Both the position numbers and the translations under genes were made by a program. Positions 12,136 to 25,295 of a stretch of DNA of 64,000 bases are shown piece by piece; position 1 is the stretch's first letter; each line of letters begins with the position of its first letter. The DNA is taken from the NCBI GenBank assembly GCA_002633005.1, contig NMRA01000101.1:558001-622000 (forward strand), in the 5' to 3' direction. This DNA comes from Phoronis australis (Eukaryota > Animalia > Phoronida). The notes under the pieces were generated by a model. That model saw only the letters and a program-made list of their open reading frames with translations, did not search any database and had not been told where the DNA came from.

Positions 12136-13562
12136 GCGACTGTTTAGGGCCCCGCATTGACCAAGAGCCCCAAATGTAATATAATTAATATTACAAATTA
12201 GTGTAATAAGAATTATTTCTGTGTAATTGAATTTTCTAAAATATCATTGCATAATAAGAATTAGCATAGTTCGGTAGCAGCTCTTAATTAACGCAAACTT
12301 CCTTGAAAACATGACTGAACCTTTTGGTTGAAAGCTTGATACGAGCGACTGTGTATCATGCTTTCAAACAAAAAGTTTAGTCGTGTTTTCAAAGAAGTTT
12401 TTAGTAAGAACTGTGTACAATGTTATCAACATTCTTCTTGCTTTTAATCATTGTTGTACAAATTACCTTTCTAAGCGTGCTTACTGTAGGTAGTAACTGA
12501 AGACTTACCTAATAAAAGCGATGTGACATCACGTTTTTGTTCAAACTGCTATAAACCAGCCTCTAGTCAAAAAGGTAACGGGGTGTCACCAAGCCTGATG
12601 AATCTCAGGACTCAATTTTTTCCTTACTCATATAAGAAGTGCTCTTATGGAAGAACAAAATAATTTCACTTCGCCAATATTTCGCCACCACCTCCGCAGC
12701 AGCTCTGCTTCCTGGATGCCGCCAATTTTGTGCCGCTACCCCACACCCACCATATGTGGGGGGCAAACACCGCGGAGACAGTCATCAGAACTTGTGTAAC
12801 CGTGTTTCAACAAAATTTCAGAATGAGAACGAGGCCTATTTCGAGCCAACGTGGACAGATAGCTGAAATCTAGGCTGTCCGACAGTGCTTCAGCTGAACT
12901 ATAGCTGTGAGTGTGGAAATATGAATTGTATGAGCTATAGGTGTAAATAGTTCGTGTGTCAGTGCAGTAGTCACGACGATGTTGTCTGATATGTTCAACC
13001 GCTTACTTAAATGTAACTGATATCCATTGTGTCAAGAACCGGAAACTGTTTATTGTTGTGCTCCGATGAACAATACAATACGAACATATAAACAATAGGT
13101 AACTGTTAGTAATCTCAGCTGTGATTCACTTGAGACAGCCGAGCTCAGCACGTGCCTATCCGCGTGCACTGTCTAAAGGCAAGATTTGTTTTACCGTGGT
13201 CCAGTCTGGAGAAAGTTCATTTCATCAAGGTTATGCTTTGACGGTATCTTTTGAAAGACTGAGGTTCGGTGAAAAGGGTGCACTGCCTTTGGGGCTGTTT
13301 CAAAATATCAAGTCAAAACACGGGTGATGCTCAATTCCTGGTGGCTGGAGCCAAGTGATACACAGAGTGTCATAAAAGTGTTTGACCTACTGACAAATGA
13401 CCTATCGCCAGGATTATGACTGACGGCTTAATTGACCAATCAGAACGCAGCATTCTTGGCACACTTTCGTCTGCGTTTCCAAGCCGCCATTTTACCCGAC
13501 AAACCACACGTAGTCGAGTAAAACTTACTTTAGTCTATAGCTCAAGAAATTGTCTGCTAAGA

Positions 13563-13790
13563 ATGGGGAAACGGTGTTGATATGGCGTGTGTAGCACTGA
13601 CAGCTATCATGCTGCTCCTGAATAATATCCCGTCATTTTTTGGCATGTCCAAAGACGAAAAATGATGTTGAAAAGCGTAAACTATGGATCAAACTGTACT
13701 GCCACACGAGCAGCTGAACTTATAGCGATGTTGCTTGATAACTCGAAGGCTATAATAAACACAAATATATTAGTTCCAAGATACGCACTT
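13563..13790 (+). pseudogene. THAP zinc-finger remnant (transposase N-terminus)
   Basis: Reads MGKRC*YGVCSTDS...YPVIF, then PKTKNDVEKRKLWIKL, then NKHKYISSK across frameshifts, matching the THAP C..C/P/W/CxxHF layout. CCAAT and GCCGCCATTTT (YY1-like) motifs lie upstream. Confidence 0.65.
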
Positions 13791-14437
13791 TTCAGCTTGG
13801 TGGCTATGGTGCAGGTCTATCTCAGATTTTGACTCCCGATCGAGTTTCCTACGTCTGGCCGCCTGTGTCTCGGCACCTGCTGGATCTCAGCACACTAGCG
13901 GTGGTCCCCGGAAATTGTTGTTTTCAAGGACATTTTTATTTTATGTTTTTTATTTATTTCAACCTAATGGAAATTATTTTGTTTCGTATCAGAGGTACAT
14001 TTTTGTTATTCATAAACCGTAGGCTGGCGTTCAACTGAACTTCTCTCCCAGTCAAAATTCAGTGATTCGATCGGCACAGGAAAGGGCACTGGATTACTGC
14101 CACAACTCAAAGCCTTGGTAGAGCTGTTGTCACTAAAAGTAAACTGTTGAATTACTTTTTGACGTGTACCTCTAATATACACTATGTCTGTAGACTTAGA
14201 GAGAGCTCATTTTGAAGTTGTTCAAACATGACATTTAGAGTTATGAAGCTTTAAAAAAGAATTTGAGTTATTTTTGTAAATACCCTATTTTTGCAACTAC
14301 CACACCAGACTTGTAATCTCTTGTAACCATACCACGACTTAGTGATCATGCTACCTTCAAAATTAAATGAAAGCTACCTTTATGGAATGTAATTACAAAA
14401 AAATGTCAAGTTCCTTAATGGTGCAAACGGACAATTC

Positions 14438-14777
14438 CATAGGCGGATTTAGGGGAGGGACAGGGGCCCCAGCCCCCCCCCCCTTGGCTGCCGCAAGCAA
14501 AATGAAACAGCAAAAGCGTGAAGCGTGAGGAAATATTGAGTTCAGTAACTAGGACCGGTAGCGGAAGACGGGGGCTCAGACTCCAGGTCCCAGCGGAATC
14601 GTGTTCCTGTTTTTTTTTAGTACACCGATAGATTTTCTGAACAGAAGGTCCAACGGTCTACATCCCTGGCCCCTGCAACTTTCGGGCCGCCTGTGCACAT
14701 ACAATCGCACTTTGCCCAATTCCACGAGGCAACATATGTTGGGCCCCCCTCTGCCGGGTATCCTAAATCCGCCACTG
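14438..14777. mobile_element. MITE with CA...TG ends and 5-bp TSD (AATTC), hAT5-like
   Basis: Ends CATAGGCGGATTTAGG and CCTAAATCCGCCACTG are inverted repeats. AATTC flanks both sides (14433-14437, 14778-14782). Confidence 0.75.
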
Positions 14778-14865
14778 AATTCCAGACATTAATTTGACTT
14801 GGACACAGCGCTAGACCTACCGGAGCTAACTGTTTGCTTAGGACGAGATGAGTGTGTACCTGAAC

Positions 14866-15153
14866 TATGAACCTGAATTTTTTGATCAAAATATTTCGTT
14901 ACAAGATTAGAAAAGCGTAAACAGTGCTATAGAGTCGACCTAGTCAGAGACTAGTGTATATGTTGTCTGTAATCTATGACCTACTTTACTCCAGGAGTCC
15001 CACCAGTTGTNAGCTATGAACCTGAATTTTTTTTATCAAAATATTTCGTTACAAGATTAGAAAAGCGCTACAGAGTCGACCTAGTCAGACTAGTGTATAA
15101 TTATGTTGTCTGTAATCTATGACCTACTTTACTCCAGGAGTCCCACCAGTTGT
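14866..15153. repeat. ~145-bp tandem duplication spanning an N (probable assembly or haplotype overlap)
   Basis: CTATGAACCTGAATTTT...CCCACCAGTTGT occurs twice with small indels, and the copies are separated by the N at 15011. Confidence 0.75.
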
Positions 15154-18100
15154 GACCTACTTTTCATTTGGCGAAATTTAGCAGACGACAGAATAAAAAT
15201 ATCGGTGAATCTTCACTGGTTTTATTCGAAAGATAATGTAATCTATGGAATCGTACAGATAATTCGACTTTAAGGTACATACTCAGCTTAACATGAACAT
15301 ATCGTATAAATGGCCTTGTCATTTGTCAGGTGAAGGTGTCCCCGAGGCCGAGGTAGGGGTTCTTCGGATTTTCGCTGGCTCCTCGAGCACTTATTTTTTC
15401 ATCGTCACCTTTACAAATTCCCATATCATGAACGTAAGATTCTCTGCTGAAGAGCATCGCCTCTTGTCTCTGTCGAAGCGTTTTCAAATAGTGCAAAAAC
15501 ACTCATCGATTCCACCAGGAACGTCGTTTAGCGACACTGTATTTGCCTCTTACATCTGGTTCGATTGTCGGGTATCACGTGACTTTTCGCATAGGTGCGG
15601 AGCTTGCGATAGGTCAATTTGGGACAATGTCGGGAGTTCAGATTCAGTTCCCTTGGATCAGATTCTACGCCCGGTCCTACTATCTTGTTTTTAAAATGTG
15701 TGCGTGACCTTCGCGTGATTCCCATGCAGAGAATAGCAAAGAAATGGCTCAGTTTTGGAAAACAAAATTTTGTTGCACTGGAAACTAAAAAACACCAAGA
15801 ATGTGCAAAGGCAATTAATCTTCCTTGTTCAATGAGCAGTGCAATTTATTTGAAAGACTTAATTCCTTTTTGAATTCCTGTTTGTGAAATCAAACCACTA
15901 ACCTTGGTTCTAAGTCAATAGCCCATGCACTTATTATCATTTGCACCCTGTAGAGCTTCAGAATTTCAGAAATATTTAGATTAGCTTTTAATTGTCAAAA
16001 ATCACCTACGAATCAGTCGACTTTCGTATTTACATCAGCATGTAGATGGGAGACCAACGAATTCGTTGTTTGTGAAAACAGAATGGCAAGTAATTACCGA
16101 AGTCACGCTCTCAGATTCTTGACGCCGGGCGACGGGAGGAACATAGGAGACCGGGCATCTCACCCCACTGGGTTCGTAGTCCAAAAAGAATTTTTCCGAA
16201 TTTAGTCGTGTTAACGTGTGTTTCGGTTCATTTTAGAGCTAGCAATTACGGTCTATGCGTTTCAAAAGCTTGAATTCCAGGAAAAGGGTGATAGAAGATC
16301 GTTGTTTGTGATTAGCAATGTACATTATACAAAACTTTGAGTACCTAACCCGTTAGGTCCTAAAAATAGTACCCACAACATTCATGTGCGAGTTTCTTAC
16401 AAACACTTTCTAGTAATGATCTTCAAAAGAAACATTGGGAAAAGGTATCGACATTTTATCGTTATAAAACTGTCGGACATGTTCATTTTGTGTAATTCAG
16501 AAATACTGGTCTTCAAGTTCTTCAAACTTCCATCCTTTCCATGACGGCCTGTCTTACTGTATTTTCAATTTTGGTTGTTCGTGCGGAATGTTCTGATACT
16601 GTTGTCCTTTGCACGATTTTTTGTGTGTGACGAATTTATAGAGGCAAAGGGGCAATCAACCTGGGCCACCCCTCGAGAGAGGACCACGCCTGAAAGGAGA
16701 CTCTTTAATGTGAAAGTATAAATATCCTTAAAAATGAAAAACACCGTTAATTCCATCATCGTGTTACCATACAAGATGTTACATTCCTTGGCATAAAAGG
16801 TTGTACGATTTGGCAAAAAGAGGAAAATAGGGGCAATCTTTTCCATCTTTGGACCCTCTCTCCGTTAGCGGCCCTTTAAGAAGTTATCAAAAAACAAAAA
16901 AGAGTGGCCACTATCAACGAGCCCCCTCCAAGGGCTGGGCTCTTAAAAATGAAAGGGTCTATAATTTCAAAATAATACGAAGAAGAGAGCGACAGGTGAC
17001 TCCAGTATCCTTTGCCAGAGAGGGGTCCCTGGAGAAAGATGGTTTTGCATTCCTAAAAATGTCATCTCGAATCAAAAGAAAAATCCAGCGTATTAATAAG
17101 CTCTGCAAATGCTGTGCTGCACAAATTTGCTCGACTTTTTTGTAGTACATGAGTGAATAATTAAGTGCACGTTTGCATGTGCGCTTAGACGATCTATGCT
17201 GCAAAAATTACCCCTTCTCCCCCTAATTACAACAGCCTGACCAGGGTTATCCCTAGGTAAATCTGAAGCACTGGTAGTTGACAAATGTGTTCTTGTTGAA
17301 GTTTCTCTCTTTTCCATGTTGCGCTGTATTTTTTCTCGGCCACCACTACCCCGTGCCTGTGACGGTTGCCACGATTTAACCAATGCGTTATAGCTGTTGT
17401 ACCTCACTGGTTTTACCCAGACGCCCACAAATTATTGGGGTGGGTAGGGGGTGGGCAGGGTGTGGGTAAAGAGATATATGTCAACAGTTTGTGTTTTTAG
17501 ACAGAAGGTCCACGATAGGAGAGCACCAGATATGTGGGCGGTAGATCGAAGGCTTACATTCTCACGCTCTTTTGGCCCGTTCCGAGATTTTACCATCAGG
17601 TTTCTTTTACGTTGACATCGGGCTTTCTCACTGAACTTAACTCTGAAAATTGTTTCGTTTGTTAGCAGTTTTCCAAGTTGCAGATTCTGTTCTTAAAAAC
17701 GCATTTCCGTTTTTTTTACTTCTTGGAAAAATAAAAATAAACTAAGCTACATAAGCTCATTGAATCGATCTCACCCCATTCCTTACCGTGATAGTACTCT
17801 ACTTCGAAACCATCAGCTACTCAGAGAACGTTTCAAAGTTTATTGGGATTTGTCAACGCTAAAACAGATTCGTGCAAAATGCAAATTGACGCGTGTACAC
17901 AATGCCTGTGACATGAGCTCATTCCTCAACAATCAGTAAATCGGATGAGCGTGTTAATATTTTGAAATCTCAAAGCGCTTCAGTTGAAGTTGTTATAAGC
18001 TATGCTCTGGTGTTAAAAACACTAATGCGACTTCCATCGCAAGCGTATTTGCTCTTCCAGCCAGTCACCGCATTATAATCCTTTGAAATTGTTATACTTA

Positions 18101-20589
18101 CGCACTTGAGTGCCCCCTGTCGGTCATACCAACCTGACGATTAAAATTACGCGCCGTGGCAACTTCTTAGTAGACTGGAGCTTAAGGCAAAAACGACCTG
18201 TCAGTTGTTCTCAAGTCTAGAAAACATTCCTTTGTAAAGAACAAGACGAGAGCAATTTTACAACAGGGAAGCGGGCTAATTCATAAGTTGGTTGTTGACA
18301 GTTGGTACGTGTTCATTGCCTCTGACAAAGCAGCGGCTAAATGACCCTTAAATTGAGCTCATCAACAAAACCGAACTAATGTTTGCCCGGGTCGGAGAAA
18401 CGCACAAAAATGGGACGAGAAAGAAATACGTGGAAAAAGAATATTCTTTTTGTTTGATCGGTTGCTTAACAGCAAGCTGCCTGATTCCCAGCCTCGGCGC
18501 TAGATGTCGCGACATCTACATGTTTGGGCAATATGTTTTGCTACAGGTATGTGGATTAAAGAACTGCGATCTTAATTTCATTGTTCGACACGACTAAGTA
18601 CACATATATTCCAAGGAACGAGAAGGTAGAACATTACGTGCTAACAGTGCTGCCTGACATGAGAAGCTAAGTTATTGAGTAAGAGTAATTAAAAAAGATT
18701 GTCACTGAATAAAATGCCAAGAGGCGTCAGTAAGAAGAAAAGCAACTTATGATTCACGCATGTACGTCTCTCATCTTTTTCATATCCTCTGGTACTCTAC
18801 AACGGGTAGCCATATGTTGCGTGCGTACTTCTCATCTTTTGAGCTTGCAGCAGGTAGCCTTATACTTTATTTGTGAACGGTGCATACCAGTGTAAAACCT
18901 CTTCGACGAAACGTGTTGTGACAAATACACCTGCAGACACAATTCCGACGAATAGACCAGCACACATAAATTGCGTTTGATTCACCATCCGGATGACCGA
19001 TCAATCCATTTACCGAACAATGAGCTATAGCATTTGCACGTGCAAGAACCTCGAAACGTTCCAGCACAGCGTTCCTTCACCTTCTTTTCATTGGAAATGC
19101 CTTTGTAGAATTTTGGAATATATTGCACACGCGTATGTATGGAAACAGACAGAGCTAAGGTGCGCTCCATAAATGCAAGTTTCTACCACATACCACAAGC
19201 TAAATAGTTGTGAATACTTAAACAGTATGAATGGAGGGCGCCTAGAAATTCGTAGTATCGTTTTCCATTTTGATAATTCGAGTATCATCGCATGCGTCAA
19301 ATTCCGGATAGAGGTGCACACACGCTTGGGCGCACTCAGTCTAAAAGTGGGTGGCTCGAATTTTTAAGAACGTGGACATTTTACTAAGACTCACAGGGTA
19401 CGTTCAGAGCTATGAATAGTGCATTCGCCGAATTTTGGAAGTTTCTGCCTTTTTAGTGGAACACTTCGCTAAATGGGGGGCTTGAACGAGCTACCCCCTG
19501 CTGGGTGCGCGCATGAACACAGTAGGTGAAATGAAGCCGCATGCAGGAAGACCTGTATGGTCACGGGACAGCAATTCTGAATCAATACTTGAAAATTGAA
19601 AAGCGAAAACACATTGGCCATTGCCCAGCGATAACATCGCGAACAATACATTTTGTTATAAGCAAGCAATGATGGTATTTGTGGTATTTACAAAGTGTAC
19701 AAAACACTCCTTGATCGATGGCATCTAAGGACATATTTGGAAATGAGTGGTGTTTTAACATTAATTAAAACTCGTTGCGTAGCGGAAAATCAATGTCTGT
19801 ACAGGGTAGTGTATTCCGAGCTATAGCTACATGGTAGAGGGTACTCTGAATCATAGATACAGGTTCTTTCCATGTGATTAACACTGATTTTCTGAAAGCG
19901 TCCCTCACAAAATAAATCCCCTTTCGTACATTCAAATACAAGTGTATTGTATTTATATCAGGTCTCGGTGCATAGGCCAAATAGTTTTAACGGCAAAACA
20001 AACAAGCTGACAAGCCACCGATGTTTACACACGTAAAAAGTGTCACTGTTTGTAGATGACAATAAGGTGATCAAATACGGCTACCTTATATATCACTGTC
20101 TTGTGTCCTTGCATGAATTAGCGCGTTCACAAAGAATTCAAATCTGCTGGTGGATTCAGGGGAGGATGTAAATGAATAGTATAAATCAATGCATGTCACA
20201 TGCAGTGAAAACGCAACGCGGCTAATCAACCGGTTGACATATCCGGTGATTCGTGGACCATTAAAAATGCTGGTGTTAACAACGCACAGTACAACTGACA
20301 CCTCGTGATGTATTTATCACAGTGCTAGGATGCGTCCCCTATAACAAATTTATTAAGTTTGACAAGTTCCCGCAATTCCACGCAAAATCCAGCGAACTTC
20401 AGAAAACAGTTTCTGCGAGTAAGCTCGGACCTTTTTAGTAAAATGGCAGTCACTGAAATCATTGGTCGGCGAGGCAGGAATGCTGAACTACGAAATAAGA
20501 TTCGATGTTTCCACGCCATAAGCGAAGACGTCTCACTGGAAGTGTCTCGCAAGTGTCTTATGCGCCTAGAAGTACTGCATATACTTATA

Positions 20590-21714
20590 TTGAAGGTCAT
20601 ATAGGGCCCTGGCAAAGATGTCTAAATTTGGAAAACTTCAGAGCATCTTATCTCAGAAATGCTTGATCGGATTCGTCTGAAACTTTCAGATTCTATGCTT
20701 GCTATACGTTCCACTTTTGCACGAGGTGCTACCAAAATATGACTTTTATGCTTTCCACAAAAACTCAAAATTTGCGTAAAACGAAAATGAAATTAAAGCT
20801 TAGAAAACTGTATCAGACCTTCTGAGATTTTATCTTCAACACTTTGTTAACAAAATTTAGTCATGTTACTGGTGCCGTTGTTTCGCTGTCACTGTACCTG
20901 AGATTTTTGCCTAAATCTTATAAAAAAGACATTGTAGCGTGACCTAATTAATGGCAGACTGGTAAAAAGTCGAACATCAAATTCAGCAAAAATGTATACT
21001 TGTACTTGTCGATAACATCCAAAATGCTTTTCACGAGTTCCAAGAGTTTCCAATTTATTTTAAAAGTACTTAAAACTACCGTTTACCTTGTTTTAAAAAA
21101 GTGACTACATTGTGAGCATGGTTAAACATTCCTTTATGTCATTGCACATCGCAATTATCGAATTTAATATCCCAAAAACGAAAACATAGAAGAAGGAAAA
21201 CGACTCCAGTTGAAGGTTTCTTAGCTCCAAGGAAGTGAGTGGGATGTACGAAAGCACCCAACGCTGCTTGCTATATCCACGTGTACAAACTAGTTGTGCC
21301 GTATCCGTGCTTCACCGATGTTTCGCGGAAAAGTGAAAAGAACCACAGCGTGGCCAAATATATTGTCACAACCACCACAAACGCAACACTTCGATTTTTC
21401 TTAATATATTACAACAACGGTGTCAATAACATCATATTTGATATGATGTAAATATTTGAGGTGAGGTCTCAAAAACGCTAATTACGGTTTTCTAAAATAT
21501 CATTTCGTTTTTGTTTTGTGCAACTCATAAAAGTTTTATTTTTGGTAACCCTCGAGCAAAATTGAAGCACTTCAAAAGCAATCCATGACATCGTTTTCAG
21601 GTACATAATGCATAACATAGTACTTGAACATTTCATCTGAATAAATCTAATAAGCCATTTCAGAGACATGATCTTCTGAAGTTGGGCATTTTTCTAGCGG
21701 CCTGCATAACCTTA
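20590..21714. mobile_element. Old non-autonomous element with imperfect ~100-bp TIRs and TTAA-like ends (Kolobok-type)
   Basis: Left TTGAAGGTCATATAGGGCC...AACTTCAGAGCATCTTATCTCAGAAATG resembles the reverse complement of the right end, TTAAGGTTATGCAGGCC...AACTTCAGAAGATCATGTCTCTGAAATG. Confidence 0.55.
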
Positions 21715-22799
21715 AGTCCAGCAAACAAAATTTCCACCAAGCACTACATGTATTCACCATTCAGGTCTGGCTCAATTTCTTATGTACTTGTCACGAATAT
21801 GAAAAAATTAAGCCAGTTCTGCAACAGTTAGTAATTGATCAAACTGGGTTGTTACCTGTTTTCCTATTAGGTGTACGAAACTTAGTCAGACGTGACTTTA
21901 CAGAACGTGATTCCGTCTGGGCTACAATCTAGGAAATACGCATTCAAGCCATGCGTCTCTCTCTGTTTCCTCAGCAAGACATGCGCCAGAAGGACACTCA
22001 GCTACACATATGAGTAAAGCGGAGACTCGTCCATTACTTTTCATCATAACAAAAATGCATTATTTCGGATCAAGGCGGAGTAACCAACAATAATTCAGCT
22101 GACTGGAAAATCTCAATAAAACCAGTATGCCTGACCGTCTGAACATGGGTTATAGGGTGCGAAATGCTTATTTCAGTATCGTAACTTAAAACAAAATCTG
22201 TGGAAGGAAAGATAAGCTTTGTGTAGACCATAAATTAGGCGCCCTTCTTGATAGGCAAACCCGTTCTCCCCTCTCCTGGATAAAGAGGGTTAAATGAAAT
22301 CCAACACTGTTTGCTACGAGCAAACACAAATGATTCGAGTCTTATTGAAACTTCTTAACTGTTGCAAACCTGCCTTGCTCGTGTGTTGTTGGCCAGATGG
22401 TTAAGTTTGAAACCCACTTGTGCAGTTCTGAGAAACCTCACTACAAATTTGCAGTCACGAAAACGCCTTCAATTAGTCATGAAACAGGGGTGACGCAATA
22501 AATCCAGAACATTACTAACGCCAGTAACTTTGGCACCAGAGGTGCTATGAAGACGATAAAACATTTTTGGAAAACCCATACATTTGTTTCAATTCACAAC
22601 CAAAATCTGACACGTACGTTTAACGCGAGTTTCAGGCTGGCGTTTTTCAGTGTCATCCAATTTGATAGCATAGTTCCAATATGTCACGCAAAAGCATGCA
22701 TGATGATGAAAGGGCTTGAAAGTTGTGCAAACTAGATTCTAATACGTATATTTAATCACATCACTCGAATAGCGTCCTCTTTTGGCTACCCATTTCTTG

Positions 22800-23030
22800 T
22801 GATATCTCCGATCTAAAGCCTCAACCTCGCGAATTACCTTCTAAATTTCGTTCCGACTCTACCTTTATAGACTTCAGCCGTAAGATCGCCTCGAAATAAA
22901 TAGCCGCAAGGGGCGAGATCTGGCCACTCAAACTTGTGAGATAAACAGTTTTGCAAACCTTGCAAGAGATGTTCGTCCAGTATCAGCCGTGGTTGCTTTC
23001 TGCTGAAACCGAAGCTCAAGACAATTGCAG
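22800..23030 (-). mobile_element. Tc1/mariner-superfamily transposase C-terminal remnant
   Basis: Minus strand reads FQQKATTADT... and WPDLAPCGYLFRGDLTAEVY, a degenerate form of FQQDGAxAHT...WPxxSPDLxPCDFFLWGxLKxxVY. Confidence 0.7.
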
Positions 23031-23364
23031 GGCTCCCACATTTTTAGAATCAGTTTGCTCCACTGAATAATAGGACTCTTTACATGATGTTGTTTACAAC
23101 CAAGTGTGTATTTAGGCACAGTGTATATTTTCGTCATATAAACGCAAATACATCCGGGTGTAACGCTACACTTGGGTGTATAATTACACAGCCTTCAGAG
23201 GTCGTGTAAATGTAAATTTACACACGTGCAAATATACACCTGTCGCATGTGAACGCGATTTAAGTTTACGCGCGGGTATAAACGCAAGATCATTCCGCCA
23301 AAAGTGGCATTAGGTGATTATTCTGTGATCTCATCTCTTTTTAAAGCAACACCACTTTCTTTAA

Positions 23365-24633
23365 AGGAGAATGCCACCCAAAAAACAACCTATTTTGTAT
23401 CAATTTAGATCGAGTAGTTCTACTAGAATCGGCACGTTGCGTTACCTGACACTTGAAGGCAGACAGAGGTGTTGAAATTATCCTATGACGTAATTGGTTT
23501 CACACGCAGTCTGGTCAGCAGTTGTCAACGCGGGTTAGTGGTGTCAGCTTATCGCTTGAAGTCACACTAATAAATCATCAAACTTCGATGTAAAACCCTT
23601 AAAAATACACCGAGTTCTTATAAAAACGTGTTATTTTATTTCGCTGTTACGGATTTACTGGTATTTGGACACACCGTAGCCGGCAGGCCAATTTACCAAG
23701 GTCCGTAACAGGCCGGGAGTTTGGGGTCTGTTCGAAGATAAATTCGAAGTATTCTTCCGTGAAATACAGACAGGAGAACCTAGATCTGTGTTGTTTATAT
23801 TTGTGTTTTTTTGAATTTTAAGCACACAAAACGCTTGTTATCTCGCCAGTGGCTCGGAACCTGATCAGGCCCGTCGCGGCCGCCGGGACTGACACGAACA
23901 TAAACCTGACTTCTCAAAACATTTGCACTCACGAGCACTCCAAGGCATTACAAATATTATCTAATGAGACAGACTTTGTTTGAGTTTCATATAAGCTGCA
24001 TTGGTTAGGATCATTTTAGGACGAGAATAATTCATTTTGAAACAGAACGCAGAATAATAAACGTCTACATTGCAACTCGTCGGCGCCAATCCCGACTTAG
24101 TCAAGAGCTCGGCTTCCGACGAAGACTTCACAGATGAATCGTTAGGCTATCAGTTAGAACCGGATTACACTGATCAAGCAATACTAGAGAAGCGCCGTGA
24201 ACATGCACTGGAAACGGAACGTATGGATAGTTCTTTGGTAAGCCGGAATTCGTCAGAGAAATCACTGTCGACGAAATGCCGGCCAAAGACACGGGGACGT
24301 TTCACGTCCTCATACTTGCTATTAACAGCATACCTTTCATTCTTCACTACCGCGAGTAATGTCCTAAGCATTTCGGGCTCTCGAGGAAGTCGAAAAAACG
24401 ATATACCCGATTTCTTCGCAGCTTCATAGTTCAGACAAGCGATTACCGATGCACCGCAATAAAGCGGCATTCACTCTGCAGACGAACCACTGACGTCGTT
24501 GCGTCGCTTCTCACCTTCCTCACAGGTTGACGCGACACCTCTCGGCAAGGTGAGGTCGACTGTATAAGAGTCGATGTGGATATAGACCGATTAAGACGGT
24601 AAAAAGACTAATTAAATCGGGTGGCATTCTCCT
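23365..24633. mobile_element. Kolobok-type internally deleted element (15-bp perfect TIR, TTAA/TCAA target site)
   Basis: TTAA|AGGAGAATGCCACCC at the left end and GGGTGGCATTCTCCT|TCAA at the right end. Contains a THAP remnant on the minus strand and an acidic YQLEP-containing ORF fragment on the plus strand. Confidence 0.8.
24174..24470 (-). pseudogene. THAP-domain remnant inside the Kolobok-type element
   Basis: MPLYCGASVIACLN...GISFFRLPREPE...RVFGRHFVDSDF follows the THAP layout, but the conserved Trp and third Cys are lost. Confidence 0.75.
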
Positions 24634-24788
24634 TCAAGACACCCAAAAGATACTCTTTTGCCATGTGTGATTTGGTGCCTGCAACATATAACGCATGGCA
24701 ACAAATGGAAAGGTCTCTCCATTTGGGTAAAGGAGGCAGGCAGACTTTAAGAATTCCTTCACGAAGAACCATAACGGGGTTCTCGTGC

Positions 24789-25295
24789 TTTTAGCTCAGG
24801 TGTTTTGTTCAAAGGGCCCAACCATGAGGCCTGCACGTCAGATGCACCGCGAATGACATCAGGCCACCTGCATTGTTTTTTGTGATTTGGTATGGGCTTT
24901 TTTAAATGCTGCTGCTGCCGCCGCCACCGTCGTCGCCGCCACTGTTGCTGGTGGATGAAACTTTCACGGCTTTTTATGTCACGGTTTCACTAGATATGCA
25001 CCATACCTAAGAGGTAAAATGGGCATACTTATGACTTCATCAGGACAAATCGGCTTTTCGGTTCATTTTGCAAAAGTTTGTTGTCTACTTTCAACGCTGA
25101 ATTCCTAAAAGCCAGCACGTCATGAACGCGACCCTGCCAAGCCGTCTTGTGTTTACGCCGGTGGCACATCAAAAAATCGTATACTGGAATCATGTTGTTG
25201 AAACTAAAACCTTGAACATGAGATAGTTCTAAAAGCAATCTCGTGGGGATCGATACCAGAGCCTATGAGCTACCCAGATTAAAGGCAATTGTTTC
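24789..25295 (+). mobile_element. Possible Helentron-associated (HINE-like) non-autonomous element
   Basis: Starts TTTTAGCTCA, has an internal (GCT/GCC/GTC)n microsatellite at ~24908-24945 and ends near ...TTGTTT. This layout is recalled from molluscan HINE-type repeats; boundaries are uncertain. Confidence 0.3.

Noticed and set aside
14866-15153. Tandem duplication as a biological event
   Set aside because: The copies abut an N and differ by small indels, which is typical of unmerged haplotype or contig overlap.
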